From: Tricharina praecox
Taxonomy: Eukaryota
Length of the DNA: 64,000 nucleotides
Reading direction: 5' to 3'
Assembly: GCF_024521635.1 (NCBI RefSeq)
Contig: NW_026250434.1
Coordinates: 248,001 to 312,000, forward strand
A program made the position numbers and the translations under genes. Below, one piece after another: positions 52,962-64,000 of the stretch (its first letter is position 1; every line of letters starts with the position of its first letter). The notes beneath the pieces are model-generated. The model had not been told where the DNA came from, did no database searches, and saw only the letters and a program-made list of their open reading frames with translations.

Positions 52962-54122
52962 CTACCGGCCCCAACTAGACTTCAAAATAACAACCAAAGA
53001 ATCCCAACCCGCGTTCTTCCCTCCACCTGCATAACCAATCGGCAATTCCCCCCACCCTGCCAAGAGTCTGCAAGCGGCCTAGTGTGCAGAGTTTTATCAG
53101 ATCATCGGCCGCGGCACGCGCATCACCGTGCCAACCAGGTGTAAACAACGCGCCTCGGAAGAAAAAAAATCCCTGGCACCTCGTAAAGTACTCTACACCC
53201 TGGTTAGTACTTCCTACCGTTTCGGTCCTAGCCAACCAACAGCCCCACCACGCCGCTGCGAACAATAACAACAACCCCGAAGTGGCCAAATCCTTCCACA
53301 CCTTCTGCCTGAGGCGTGTTGTGGGGGGAGTGTGAGCGAATCTATGCTGCAGCCTGTGTTGTGCAGCGTCGGATTGGCGTATGTAAAGCACTGTACTCAC
53401 CATGCTCGCGGTGCTGTCTGACACGAACACGTATTGTGCTTTCCTTCTCTGGGTGTTCTAGCCTTAAGGGTCAAGGAGACGCGAGAGGTGGGGCAACCGC
53501 GTCATGGAATAGAGTACTTTAGGTACGAGTCACGACGGATATCCGGATATACGCTTGGCTGCCGGTGGACATGGAAGCAGGCCGGCCCTGTTTCCATGTA
53601 GATAAGTCGAGTAGCAGGTATCGGGAACAGACCACGAGCCGGCTGCCTCGATTGCCGTTGAGAGAGGGAAGATCTCAAATGATCACTTCAGCATCGTTCC
53701 ATCAGATCGACACCGAATCCGTTCTTCAATCCAGGATGTATTGTACTCTAGGTACTCACTCTAGATGGAGGGGTGTGGGTACCTGCAGGACTGTCATGCA
53801 CGCAATTTCGAAGCCACCACCGCTCAGCGAACCACGTAAACCACTCCGCAGAGCTCCTGCAACTCCTGCAACGCCTACAACTCCACTCATCATTCATTCA
53901 TGCCCTATGAGTTACAGAAAAAGAAAAAAAATCTCAAGCTACTCAAGAAAGAAAGAAAACGCTCTCGCATCCCATTATTCAGTATCGTCGTCGCATTAGG
54001 GTATCATTTTTCGTTCGCAATCACTTCGCCTCCCAACCTTTTTCAACCAAAACCCGCTGCACAAACTCCTTACAAAAGAGAAACCGAATGGCTGTAGAAC
54101 AAGAGAAGGAGAATGAGATCGT

Positions 54123-56063
54123 TCAACACGCGGCTATGGCCTTAGAGGCAGCCTCCTTGTCTTCCTGGAGCTTCCGCTGGAAGGCGGTGACATCGTGAAG
54201 GATAGAGCTCATTTCCGCCTCCATCGCGAGCTGCTCTTCTTCAAACTCGTCAACCTCGTCCTCCTCGGACTCTTCATCCTCGCCCTCATCATCACTGTGC
54301 ACGGGAATAGCCGGGATGGGATGCTTGATGGTTTCGAGGGCAAGTCGTAGGTGGGTCCTGAGTGCCTCGTTTTGACTCTGCAACTGGTTGATCTTGCAGT
54401 CCGCGGCCTCCCTCGCGTCCTCCATCACACGCTGCAAGTTGAAGACTTGCTGCTGGTACATTTCCATCTGCGTGCTCTGGCTCTCGTTGTGCTTTTGGGT
54501 CATCGTCGCCTCGGAAACCGACATTTGAAGCCTGCGAATAGTATTCTGCATCTCGATTATTTGGGCGTCACGGGCCGCCCGCGAGACTTGGTCTTCATTG
54601 ACAGTAGCACTAGTACGGATGCGTTTCGCCTGGTCAGCGTAGCGAAGGGTGGAGAGCGTCTCGTCGTAATCGGTGGGGGAGATGCAGGCGATCATTGCCG
54701 TCTTGCTGTTGCCACCGAGGGAATCCTTGAGGAGCCAGGTGAGGATTGAGTCGCGGTACGGAACGACATCTTTCCTCTTGTGACGCCGGGCACCTTCATC
54801 GGAAAGCGCAGCAATGACTCGGCCGAGGGTTGTCAACGACTTGTTGATATTAGATCCTTCTCTCAGTCGGGCACCGGTAGCACCAGTAGAATTCGCGCGC
54901 TCGGAACCGGCAAGGTCGACCAAACTATAGCATTGCCATCATGTTAGCGTCCGCCATCTCCGTGTAGTCCAGATCTTGACGTGGGTATATCTTGGGGATT
55001 CTCACCGAATGCGAGCCAGCCGTTCGATCGTCTCATCATCCTCCGTGCACTCGATCTGCTTTAGTATCAATGTGAACACGGCGTGCGATCTGCTACTGGT
55101 ATCGTTCATGTTGGTGCTCGCCACCGTCCTGCTCTGGTCTCCCCGCTTCATCCAGCCCAGGACCTCCTTGATGTTGCGCACCGGAACCTCGATCAGATCC
55201 TTAATGTAGGGGCCATCAGCCGGCGACTCCCGGACCCTGAGGTAGTTGACCGCACTACCGCGTCGAGCATCCAGCAGGTCGCGAACTTGCTCATTGTACA
55301 CCTCGAAGTATGAAACTCGGACGGTGTATGTAACGTTCGGGTTGTCATTCGACTGGATGCGCTCGAACAGGTCGTGACAGGTGCGGGGGATAAGACCGGG
55401 GTTTTCGGGGGTACCCATCATCGAGTAACTCTTTCCGGCGCCCGTCTGACCGTAGGCGAAGATGCAGGTGTGGTAACCCTGGAAGTTGTGATCGAGGAAC
55501 TCCTGTCCGAGCGCGTCGTAGACATCCACCTGGTCCGCATAGTGGGGGGAGTCGCGGTCGATACTCCAGAAGGAATTGTCGAAGATGAAGGTCTTCCGAT
55601 CGAGGACCTTAGCGCGGCCGGCCTTCTGCGCGGAGGGTGGCGGCGGAAGCAGGTGCGTCTCTTGGGTCTGCGGATCCATCTCGATCAGATTGACGGCATC
55701 CCGCTCGTACTCTGTCACGCGCGCGCATTAGCTACTGCCCCATCGTACATGGACCACGCAATGGATGGGTGTGTATGTACCTCTGGGCAGAAATCCGCGG
55801 ACTCGGACAACCACGCGAACATTGTTGCCGGTGACGCTGCTACCGCTGGCGGAACTACCACCAGAAGTGCTCGCATCTATCGACAGCGGCGAGGGAACAT
55901 GTGAGAGCATGTTGACGATGACAGGAGTCGGGGGAACGCTGTTGCCGTCCTTGTCTCTAGATCGCAGCGAAGCACTGGAGGCGTGCGATCGAAGGAGCTG
56001 GCGCCCAGGGTGATCGTCAACTTTCAGGTGATTGTTGCGATGGCGGGGGGAGGGCGCAGCCAT
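54123..56063 (-). CDS. Short kinesin-3 (UncB/Nkin3-type; motor plus short coiled coil, no FHA/PH visible)
   Basis: [17 protein letters not shown]-loop [56 protein letters not shown]. Two introns. Confidence 0.92.
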
Positions 56064-57337
56064 GGTTGCTTGTGATGGGGGGGAGGGGGGAGGGGGAGGG
56101 GGGTTGGTTGCGGCGGTGGTGGGGATCACAGGAAGGTCAGAATGTTGCTGCTCTTCGTTGCGGGTCTGTGGGATTGTGTGTTTTGGCGGGGAGGCGTTGA
56201 GACGCGAGAGCTTGCTTGTTTGGTGCATGGACCAGATGTTTTGGTTTATCCTCTCCGGGCATAGCTTCGTCGCTTCCATCCGAGCCTCGACTCACTAACC
56301 GCCATGGTTCCACAGCTCGGCGGCAACTGCCATCTCGGCGCTGGAAGAGCGAGAACATCACTGGCTGAGCGAAAAGATTGGTCCCAACAGCGATATGAGT
56401 GGGGTCAATGCCGCGATAAATGTGTGATGCGCTCGAGCCCGGGTATTCCGTGTTGACCCAGACGTGAGCGAGCATGGCCCAGAACTTGCTTCTTTCCAGC
56501 GGCTGTCATCCAGCTGGCTCATTTTGGAACGTGATGTGGCGTAGGAGGCAGCTTGATTCCGAGCCGCCTCCAAGCTTCGTAATTACCGCAGGAAGATGAG
56601 ATACCGTATGCCGTTGACCGTTGCATATGGCGTGGTACTGGAGAGTCATGATCTCTCACTCGACGACATAACAATGCACAAGCAATATATCACCATATTG
56701 CCACGCCGCTATCTGTATGTCGGTCGTGCATGTTACCGACAACCAGAGCTCACCCACTACTCAGAGCGAGAGTATGTAGTAGAGAGCGGAACTCTCGACT
56801 CCAGCCTTATCACCAAAATTTCTGTCAGCCCGAGAACTACGACATGAAAGAAAGGAAAAGGATTCCCATATACCCACACCCACAGCCCTGACAAAAATTG
56901 CACGCAACAAACAGAACACAAGGAAACACATCAATCCAGACTCCATCGTCTTGAGATCTTCGCTCGCTTCAGGAGCCTCCATTGCTTTAACAGCCTTTAG
57001 GCGAGGGGGGGTATGCTGCCTTTTCCAGGCCAAAGGAACCGACAGAATCCGCAACGACCACAAGCTCTACGAGCGCGATCACCCAGTCCACTCTCCGGGC
57101 CGGGAGAGTTACCACTGTCGAGCCTTGATTGCGCGCCCGCTGGAAGTCCTCTGTTTCCTTAGGTAGTAAAGGCCTTTATGTACCATCAGCTTCCAGTCGA
57201 CTTCTGATAAAACAGCATTATAGTACAAGCAACGAGACGAGTGAAAACTACCATTTTGACATCTTCTTGCTTGCAGCTCATCTGATATCAGAAGCGGGAA
57301 GTCTTCGCCGGAGTTTGGTCGCAACCTGGGCGGTGGA

Positions 57338-57470
57338 TGAGTCGGCGGTAGTGAGTGAGTCGTCCGTGGTGATTGAGTCGGCGGTGGTGAAGGTGGTTGA
57401 GTCGCCGTTGGTGAGCGAGTCGGCATTGGTGCGTGAGTCGGCGGTGATGAGTGAGTCGGTGTTGGTGAAG
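57338..57470. repeat. 18-bp degenerate tandem repeat, 7 units with core (T/C)GAGTCG
   Basis: Cores at 57338, 57356, 57374, 57398, 57416, 57434 and 57452 (spacing 18,18,24,18,18,18). Confidence 0.85.
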
Positions 57471-58095
57471 TTGTTGTCGTTGTTGTCGGATTACTCGTAA
57501 AAGTCGCCAGAGAGCCAAAAAAAAGTTCCTCGATAGGCTTCCATGCGAGTGAGAGCTCATGCTGTATCTCGCACGTACCAACTCACTTCGCACACAGCAG
57601 AACACTCCCAAATATAATATGTCGAGTGGATGTGCCGGTACCTCGAATCACTTCACTCACAACACTTCACGCAAAGCACAGGGTCGGACTGTACGAGCAC
57701 TCTTCCGTAGCATCTTCCATAGTATCGTCCAAACTTGTATCCATCCTAACTATCCAGTAACTCGCTCGCTATGCCTATCCAACATCTAACTGTACACCAA
57801 ACCACCTCTACGTAAACCACCCACCTCTACAGAAATCACACACTACACTAGTTACATGATAGTGGAATGAACAGATAAGAGCAGAGTCAAAAAAAAATAG
57901 AAATGCATGCTAACACTAAAACTAAAAACGAATGTTCGGGGTATCATCGGGTCATCATCGGGTCATCATCATCCATCCATCATCACTCATAACCTACTCA
58001 CTCATAACCAATGCCTACCATAACTCCTACAACTCCTACAACTCCTCTAACCCCGCGCCAATAATTACATGCATCACGTGACCTCGCTCTACCAA

Positions 58096-59340
58096 CTACT
58101 CGCCCTGATAATATATCCCCTCACCACTGTTAAACCCGCGCAGCATGACCATGACCTCAGCACGGACGTCCTCAATAATCTCATCCATGCGAATATCGTT
58201 TTTATCGTCGCCAAAGGGGTCCTCTAGTTCCTCTCCGATGCCCTCGATGCCATAGAGGGTGAAGCACACCATGACGATGACGGGAATACTCCACCAGCCC
58301 AGCTCGCCGACGAGGCAGAACGGCAGCACGCAGCAGTACAGGGCGAGCACCTGTTTCTGGTGGATCTGGTGGCACACGGGGATGGGCGTGAGTTTGATCG
58401 TCTCCATGCTCCCGAACGCGTCGAGGAGGCTATTGACCTGCCCGCTCAGCATGGCCGACTGCGGCGCGTTGAAGGCGCCGCGGTTCACGCCGCGCTTGAT
58501 GTACCGTTCGATGACGCAGCACAGCTCCAGCGGCATGCCTAGGCCCTCGGATTCGTGCCCCTTCATCCCGCGCGGCAGGAGGTCATTGTACGCGGGATCG
58601 TATCCGGCGATCCCCCAGTTCCCGCGCAGATAGTTCTTCACCGCGTAGAGAATCGCGACGAGACAGCGCACGGTCTTTTCCGTTTCCTCGCGGTCGCCGT
58701 CTTTTTCCAGCGGCCCGCAGATCAGGAACGACCGCGTGAGGTTCCGCACGATCGACACGATCCGTTGGATCCCCTGCCGCCCGCCCCAGTATCGGTCGTA
58801 GCTGCTGGAGTTGCGGAAGACGAGCATCAGGCCCACAACGATGGAGAGCGAGGGCACGATGGAGCTCGGTAGGCCCAGGCTGAAGTGCAGGCTTTGGTCC
58901 AGGTAGACTATGAGTGTGGTGAAGAGCGCATGGAGCGTGATGGGCACAATGATAACGTGGTGGATCGAACCCTTGATGAAGCGGAAGACGAGGGGCCATC
59001 TACAGTAGGGTGGATTAGCTTAGCTGTTGGAGTGTGAGAGAATAATAGGTGGTGTGAAAGGAGCAGAAACGAACTTCCGCGGTTTCTGTCGCGAGGCGTG
59101 GGAGAGGGGGAAGGTCGGTGCGCGGAACTCGGGCACGTTGTGCTCGGGCAGCGTCGGCGACATTTCTCGCGAGATCGTGATGGCTTGTTGGCCGACGTAG
59201 CGTTCGATCTTGAGCGTGCCTGTGCGCCGGAACGAGGACCGTGTGCTGAAGGTGGGCCGGGTATCGGGCGTGTTTGGGTGCGGAGGGGACGAGCTGCGCG
59301 AGGAGCTGGCGGTCGTCGGTAAGGTATCGAAGTATACCAT
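58096..59340 (-). CDS. Bestrophin-like (UPF0187/YneE-type) anion channel
   Basis: VGLMLVFRNSSSYDRYWGGR, ETIKLTPIP, YGIEGIGEELEDPFGDDKNDI. Intron 59074-59000. Confidence 0.9.
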
Positions 59341-60495
59341 CGAGGCGGCGGTGAGGAGAAGTACCTAGGACAGCGGGCGGGGAAGGGGGGATGATTGGCA
59401 GGCTAGTAGGCTTCCTAGAAGGGTCCTGCCTGTGATGTGTTGGTGAATCTGGGGGGAAGGCTAGGTAGTGGTTAGACGCTGGATGGCCAGCCACTCAGTG
59501 CATACGATACGTTCCTGTTTTTATGCAGGAAAAGAATGAAGAAAGGGATTGGCGATTTATCTCCTCCGGCATATTTTTGAGCGGTTATTTGGTATCTGTC
59601 TAACTTAAAGAATCCCCAAAAATCCTTATGACGACGTAGGCAATCTAATATGTAGCTCCAGCGGTGTCACCGTACCACCTGATGCTGCAGAGTTTTGTCG
59701 GGCGTCTCACTGTACTCAAATCCTACGCATTGGAGCAGGTTGACTCTAGAGTAGAATTCAAGGAGCGAGATTTCCGAGAAGTCGGCGCCGTGGACCAGAG
59801 GTATGTAGATGTGTAGAATCGGGATATCTAGAGTACTGAGTTTCACTCGGACCACTCCGTGGTGCGCAGCCCTATGATTTGCCCACCAAAGTGCGGGACG
59901 AGGCGGGATAAGCAAGGGATGGCGCGGCCACGACTCGGTTGGCGGCCATTCGCTAAGGAAATTAAATACGCGGGTGCTTCAGGTGACGGAAGGACCCTTT
60001 GGGATAGAATTGCCCACCGCACATACGTATCATGCGTAAGGACCTTGAACATCAGTGATCGTGGGCTTCCACCTGACCTCTTCCTTCGTTTACCTCTGGA
60101 GAAGATCTATTGGCCGCGGGACGGGGGGGGAACAATCCTTGGGCGCGATTAGGTAGTCCAAAGGCGAGCTTCAGAGTTCCGTTATCGCTAGTGGGTTGAG
60201 CTGGCGAAGAGCAGTTCATCAGGGATCGATGCAGCCTCCAGTGGAGAAGGAGGGGACGATAACGTCAATGTACAGGATTTATTGCACGTTGAAGAAAGAA
60301 AAAAGAACGGTATGTTCTACATAACTTCTCCCACAGCATCCTAGCCTACAAGTATTACAGGCCCACCGCAACCCGCGGCACCAGCACGATCATCAACACA
60401 GAATTTAATGGAATCCAAACTCCCGAACACCCATCCCCTCCCGGCCCGCCCAATCCAAGCCAATCCAAACCAGTTTAATAAAGACATGCCGCGGT

Positions 60496-62492
60496 CTATC
60501 CGTTCTGACGCTTCTTCCTGGCGTATCCAACCAAGCTCTCAATAACCGTCTCGAACGTCTCTTTATCACTCATGGCACTGTCCCTCTTGCCGAGCCAGTA
60601 CGTGAGCACTTCACTCGCGGTGGCTGTCGTCTCCTCCAATTTCTGAATATGATCAAGAAGTTCTGCGACCGTAAAGTTTTGCAGGGCAATGGTGCTAGTC
60701 GAGCACAATATACGTGCGCTCGGGATATCTAGAGACTCCGGATTGATCTGGTTCTTGTCTTCGGCACCCTTCTTCTTCCTCGACAAGGATCCGGAACGAC
60801 GTGAATTTCGGGACGATGGGCGCGATTCCGGATGACGCGAGAGATGAACCGAAGGGAGAACTAGCTTCTTTTGCTTCGTCTCGGGAGGGAGAACTTCGTC
60901 CAGATCCATGGGTATTCCGAGAGACACCAGGAAAAGGCGACGGATGCGCGATATTTTCCAGTTGGGCGGTTGAAGCGGCGGCGGCGCGACCAGCTGGTTC
61001 CACAGCGATTGGCTATGCAGTGTAAGTATGTGTCAACTCTCGGAAGAGGGGCGGGTAGATTCTACCTTCTGTCGGTGAGGAATGATCGTCCCTCTACGGA
61101 AGTTGGTTTTCTCTGTTCGGTTCCCTCTTTCGGGAACATCTTCTCGACCGCATCCGCCAGAGCAAATCTGACACCTTCCTCATCTCCAAAGTCTGGCAGT
61201 GGTACGGGAAGTTGTGGAACGATTGGCTGTGGTGGTGGTGGCGGCGGTGGTGTCGGCGCAGCTTCCGGTACGGACTCTGGTTCATCAAAAGTACCGTCGG
61301 CATCCCCATCCTGAAAGCCTTCGAAGTCATCAAAGTCATTGAAATCACCGCCATCAGCTTCCACAGCCTCGCCAAAGTCGTCGAAATCGTCACCGCCGAA
61401 TCCATCGTCCTCTTTCTCTTCAAGAACATCCCCTTTCTCTTCAAGAACATCCCCTTTCTCTTCAAGAACATCCCCTTTCTCTTCAAGAACATCCCCTTTC
61501 TCCTCTTCGGTGACATCCACTACCTCCCTCTTCTCTTCAGGGACATCTCCCTCCCCCTCTTCAGTGACATCCTCCTTCTCCTCATCCTCCGGCCTTTCCT
61601 CGGCAACCTCCGCCTTCTGTTCGATGGTATCCTCAGTAACAACGACAGGCTCTAGCTTCTCCGCCACAGGCGTCGCATCGTCGCCGTCTTCTTCCGTTAC
61701 AGCTATGGCAGTAGGCAGCTCCTTTGATTCCTCGACGTCAACGGGCGAAGGAGAGCGCCGTTCGGGGCATGTTGGTGTCGTCACCTCCGCCGTAGCTACT
61801 TCAGCACCGACATCCGGCGCCGCTTCCATTGGCTCATCATCCTTCCTATCGTCTTCATCCGGCACAACTGGTTCTAGCTGCTGTTCCGACTCTCCTTGCG
61901 CAGAAAATAGCGAGCTCGTCTTCCTAACCCGAACCGACGCAGGGCTGCTCGAAGGACTCCTACTCCGCTCTCTCTGCTCCTGCACCAACTTCTCAATCCG
62001 CTTCCGCTCACCCCTCACTTTTGGCGAGATGACATCCGTCTTCTCGTTCCACTTCACCTCTATATCGTCACTGCGCATCGGTGTCGTCGGCCTCGAGGCC
62101 ACCGGTTTCGGCGTGCCAACAGCTGTCACCGCTGCACCGTCGAGTTCATCGTCGGTGCCGTCCGATCCAAAAGCGCCCGGAATCGCGATATCGCTGTCCA
62201 TCTGTTCGTCGACCTTCGGCGTGGGTATGAGTGTAGATGTGGATTTTTCAACGGCGGCGGTGGTGGTGGCGGGCGGACCTTCGGGGGCGTCGGAGAAGTG
62301 ATCGTCGTCGTTCGATGAAGTGTCTGTTTGTTTCCCGCACGGGGCATGTCAGTTTCGACGGATCGCATATTGCACCGCACCGAGCATGAATCGAAACGCA
62401 CATCCGCTTTCTCTTTCTCTTTCTCTCTCCTCCTCCGGGGTTCGACCGGGAACGGGAACAGAGTCCGGCATTGGAGATGCTTCTGCGACCAT
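60496..62492 (-). CDS. Acidic adaptor-binding protein, DUF5102/Laa2-like (AP-1 accessory)
   Basis: DDDHFSDAPEG, DDFDDFGEA/DFNDFDDFEGF gamma-ear-type motifs, conserved SLWNQLVAPPPLQPPNWKISRIRRLFLVSLGIPMDLDEVLP, C-terminal FETVIESLVGYARK. Introns at about 62401-62323 and about 61065-61013. Start uncertain. Confidence 0.75.
61414..61500 (-). repeat. 21-bp coding repeat (KGDVLEE x4)
   Basis: CTCTTCAAGAACATCCCCTTT repeated on the + strand. Confidence 0.9.
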
Positions 62493-63684
62493 GCGAGCGT
62501 GGGGTTCACGGGTTTCTCGGGGTTCGGAAAGGCTGTTGCTTTTGTTTTGTGGGGGAGGAATTGAGTCGAGTCGGGTTGGAGGTTTGGTTTGGATCGAAGA
62601 AGCAGATGCGGCGATTAGTCGTACATAGGTAGAATAGTGGTATGCAGCAGTCAGCTCTCTCTATCCCCCCCCCTAATAGAATGGTACAAAGATGGATGTA
62701 TCGATCCATCATCCATGGGGTGGGTGCTATGGACTGCTAGACTCCAGAGTACTCTAGAGTGGGTAGCTTCGCAACCAACCAGCCATGGCAAACTGGGCTC
62801 CACTAGCCAGAACCGGCAGAGAGCGTTCCTGGCGAAAAGGTGAGAAGCCCCCCACGCAGAGTGGGGCATCGAGAGACAAGAGGCAATCGGAGATCTGAAG
62901 AATTTCTTCTCGACGATTCCCGGCTTCAGGGGCACGTTCGCTATCTGCCTATCCGACGCCAAAAAAGAAAACTCGAACGAACACACTACGTTCCGGGCAG
63001 GTACCTACGTTTCTAGGCAAGTACCTTCGTTTCCAGGCGCCTGGCAAGTACCTACTCCAAGACCCGGATGAAACGACGCATGTATGTACCTAGCGGTACA
63101 TTCTTCCGGGCATGTATGTACCCATTTGTTACCGGCTCGTTGAGAGAGGCAGGCAGGCAAGGCGACCCCGGGCCGCGACGATCCCTCCGATTCCTACTCG
63201 CGGACCGACGCGCCGGAGCACAGTTCCGGCGCCACTGACGGCTGGGTCTTGCGCCTCGGCAATCGCCCTCGACGACTTTACAGGAGCAGCGTGGGTGCAT
63301 GGATGCGAGATCTACAGAGGGGCCTTGGTCGGTTGATTCAACTTCGTTTCTTTTCTCGGATTCAAACTGTGGATTTCGATCTGGCTAGACGGGGACGAGA
63401 GGGATCTTCATTCGGATCAGCGAGAACGCCTGACTTTTCTAACCGCCGCTCATTCGTGCGGAGATAACGGGGAGGGGACCGAGTGATATCACGGCGATGG
63501 TTGTATAATAATGAACGTCCAATTTCTCCGCTAAAGTACCCATACAGAGCTTACAAAGCAAGCAGCCACCACCGCAACCTACGCAATCCTACAGTTACCA
63601 CCCCATATCATCCTACAAACATCGCTCCATACAATCCTACAGAAACCGCCCCATCCCGTCCTACAAGCACTGCTCCACACAATC

Positions 63685-64000
63685 CTACTGACACTGCGAA
63701 TACCAGTCGTTCAACTTGATGCAAGTGGTGCCAGAAACACATACCGTCCCTACCATATCCAGTCAGTTAGCCGTCCCGCTGTCACAAAACCCCCCGAATT
63801 GCAGGAAGTCTTACCTCCTGTCCATCCATTCCCAGCGCACTGTCCCCACTTCGCCACAGTACCCGCAGCCGCAGTCGTCGTGGACGCCGGGGACGTAACC
63901 ACCGGAGTCGACGACGTCGACGGCACGCCAGTGCCCACAGTATTCAACCCAAAGTACGAGATGACGTCTCCGGCCTGGACCTGAATATCGTGGGTGACGC
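63685..64000 (-). CDS. 3' end of a secreted CAZyme with S/T linker and CBM1; likely CE1-type acetylxylan/feruloyl esterase
   Basis: Spliced C-terminus KWGQCAGNGWTG|GTVCVSGTTCIKLNDWYSQCQ* is a CBM1. Upstream VTHDIQVQAGDVISYFGL resembles the His-containing end of fungal CE1 esterases. CBM1 is confident; the catalytic family is tentative. Confidence 0.75.

Noticed and set aside
54123..56063. Kinesin-3 lacking FHA/PH domains as a possible truncation or pseudogene
   Set aside because: Short kinesin-3 proteins (UncB/Nkin3 type) are an established fungal subfamily, and the frame is intact.
57338..57470. Repeat-spacer appearance resembling CRISPR
   Set aside because: The core is only 7 bp, the spacers are related to each other, the context is eukaryotic, and there are no cas genes.

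Overview
Eukaryotic, intron-rich fungal DNA from a filamentous ascomycete; Pezizomycetes-like is my inference from protein style, not a database result. Introns are mostly 50-100 nt GT-AG with CTRAC-type branch points. The window holds about 22 recognisable housekeeping genes. In order: CDC48 (3' end), a CPSF6/CFIm68-like RRM protein, a Saf1-like F-box/RCC1 protein, CSN5, a PPIL2/Cyp60 cyclophilin, COX6A, WDR23/DCAF11, CIA30, ADE1, GUK1, GPI17/PIG-S, a CorA transporter, PUB1, DOT1, a nitrilase, VPS45, an Xdj1/Ydj1-type DnaJ, RNR2, a short kinesin-3, a bestrophin-like protein, a Laa2-like AP-1 accessory protein, and the 3' end of a CBM1-bearing esterase. There is also a large unassigned coiled-coil gene and 2-3 orphan ORFs. 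I found no transposon, CRISPR, rRNA or tRNA. The most notable unexplained signals are: (1) a dispersed heptamer TACTCTA/TAGAGTA, with 26 exact copies seen by eye and all outside CDS; (2) a candidate multi-hairpin RNA at 4714-4886; (3) a DnaJ start codon split by an intron; (4) a GC-AG intron needed to build the F-box; (5) a head-to-head ADE1/GUK1 purine pair; (6) kilobase AUG-free leaders on both RNA-binding-protein genes; (7) an acidic-repeat ORF with a TAG inside its repeat. All gene models were spliced by eye; none were confirmed by search or RNA data.
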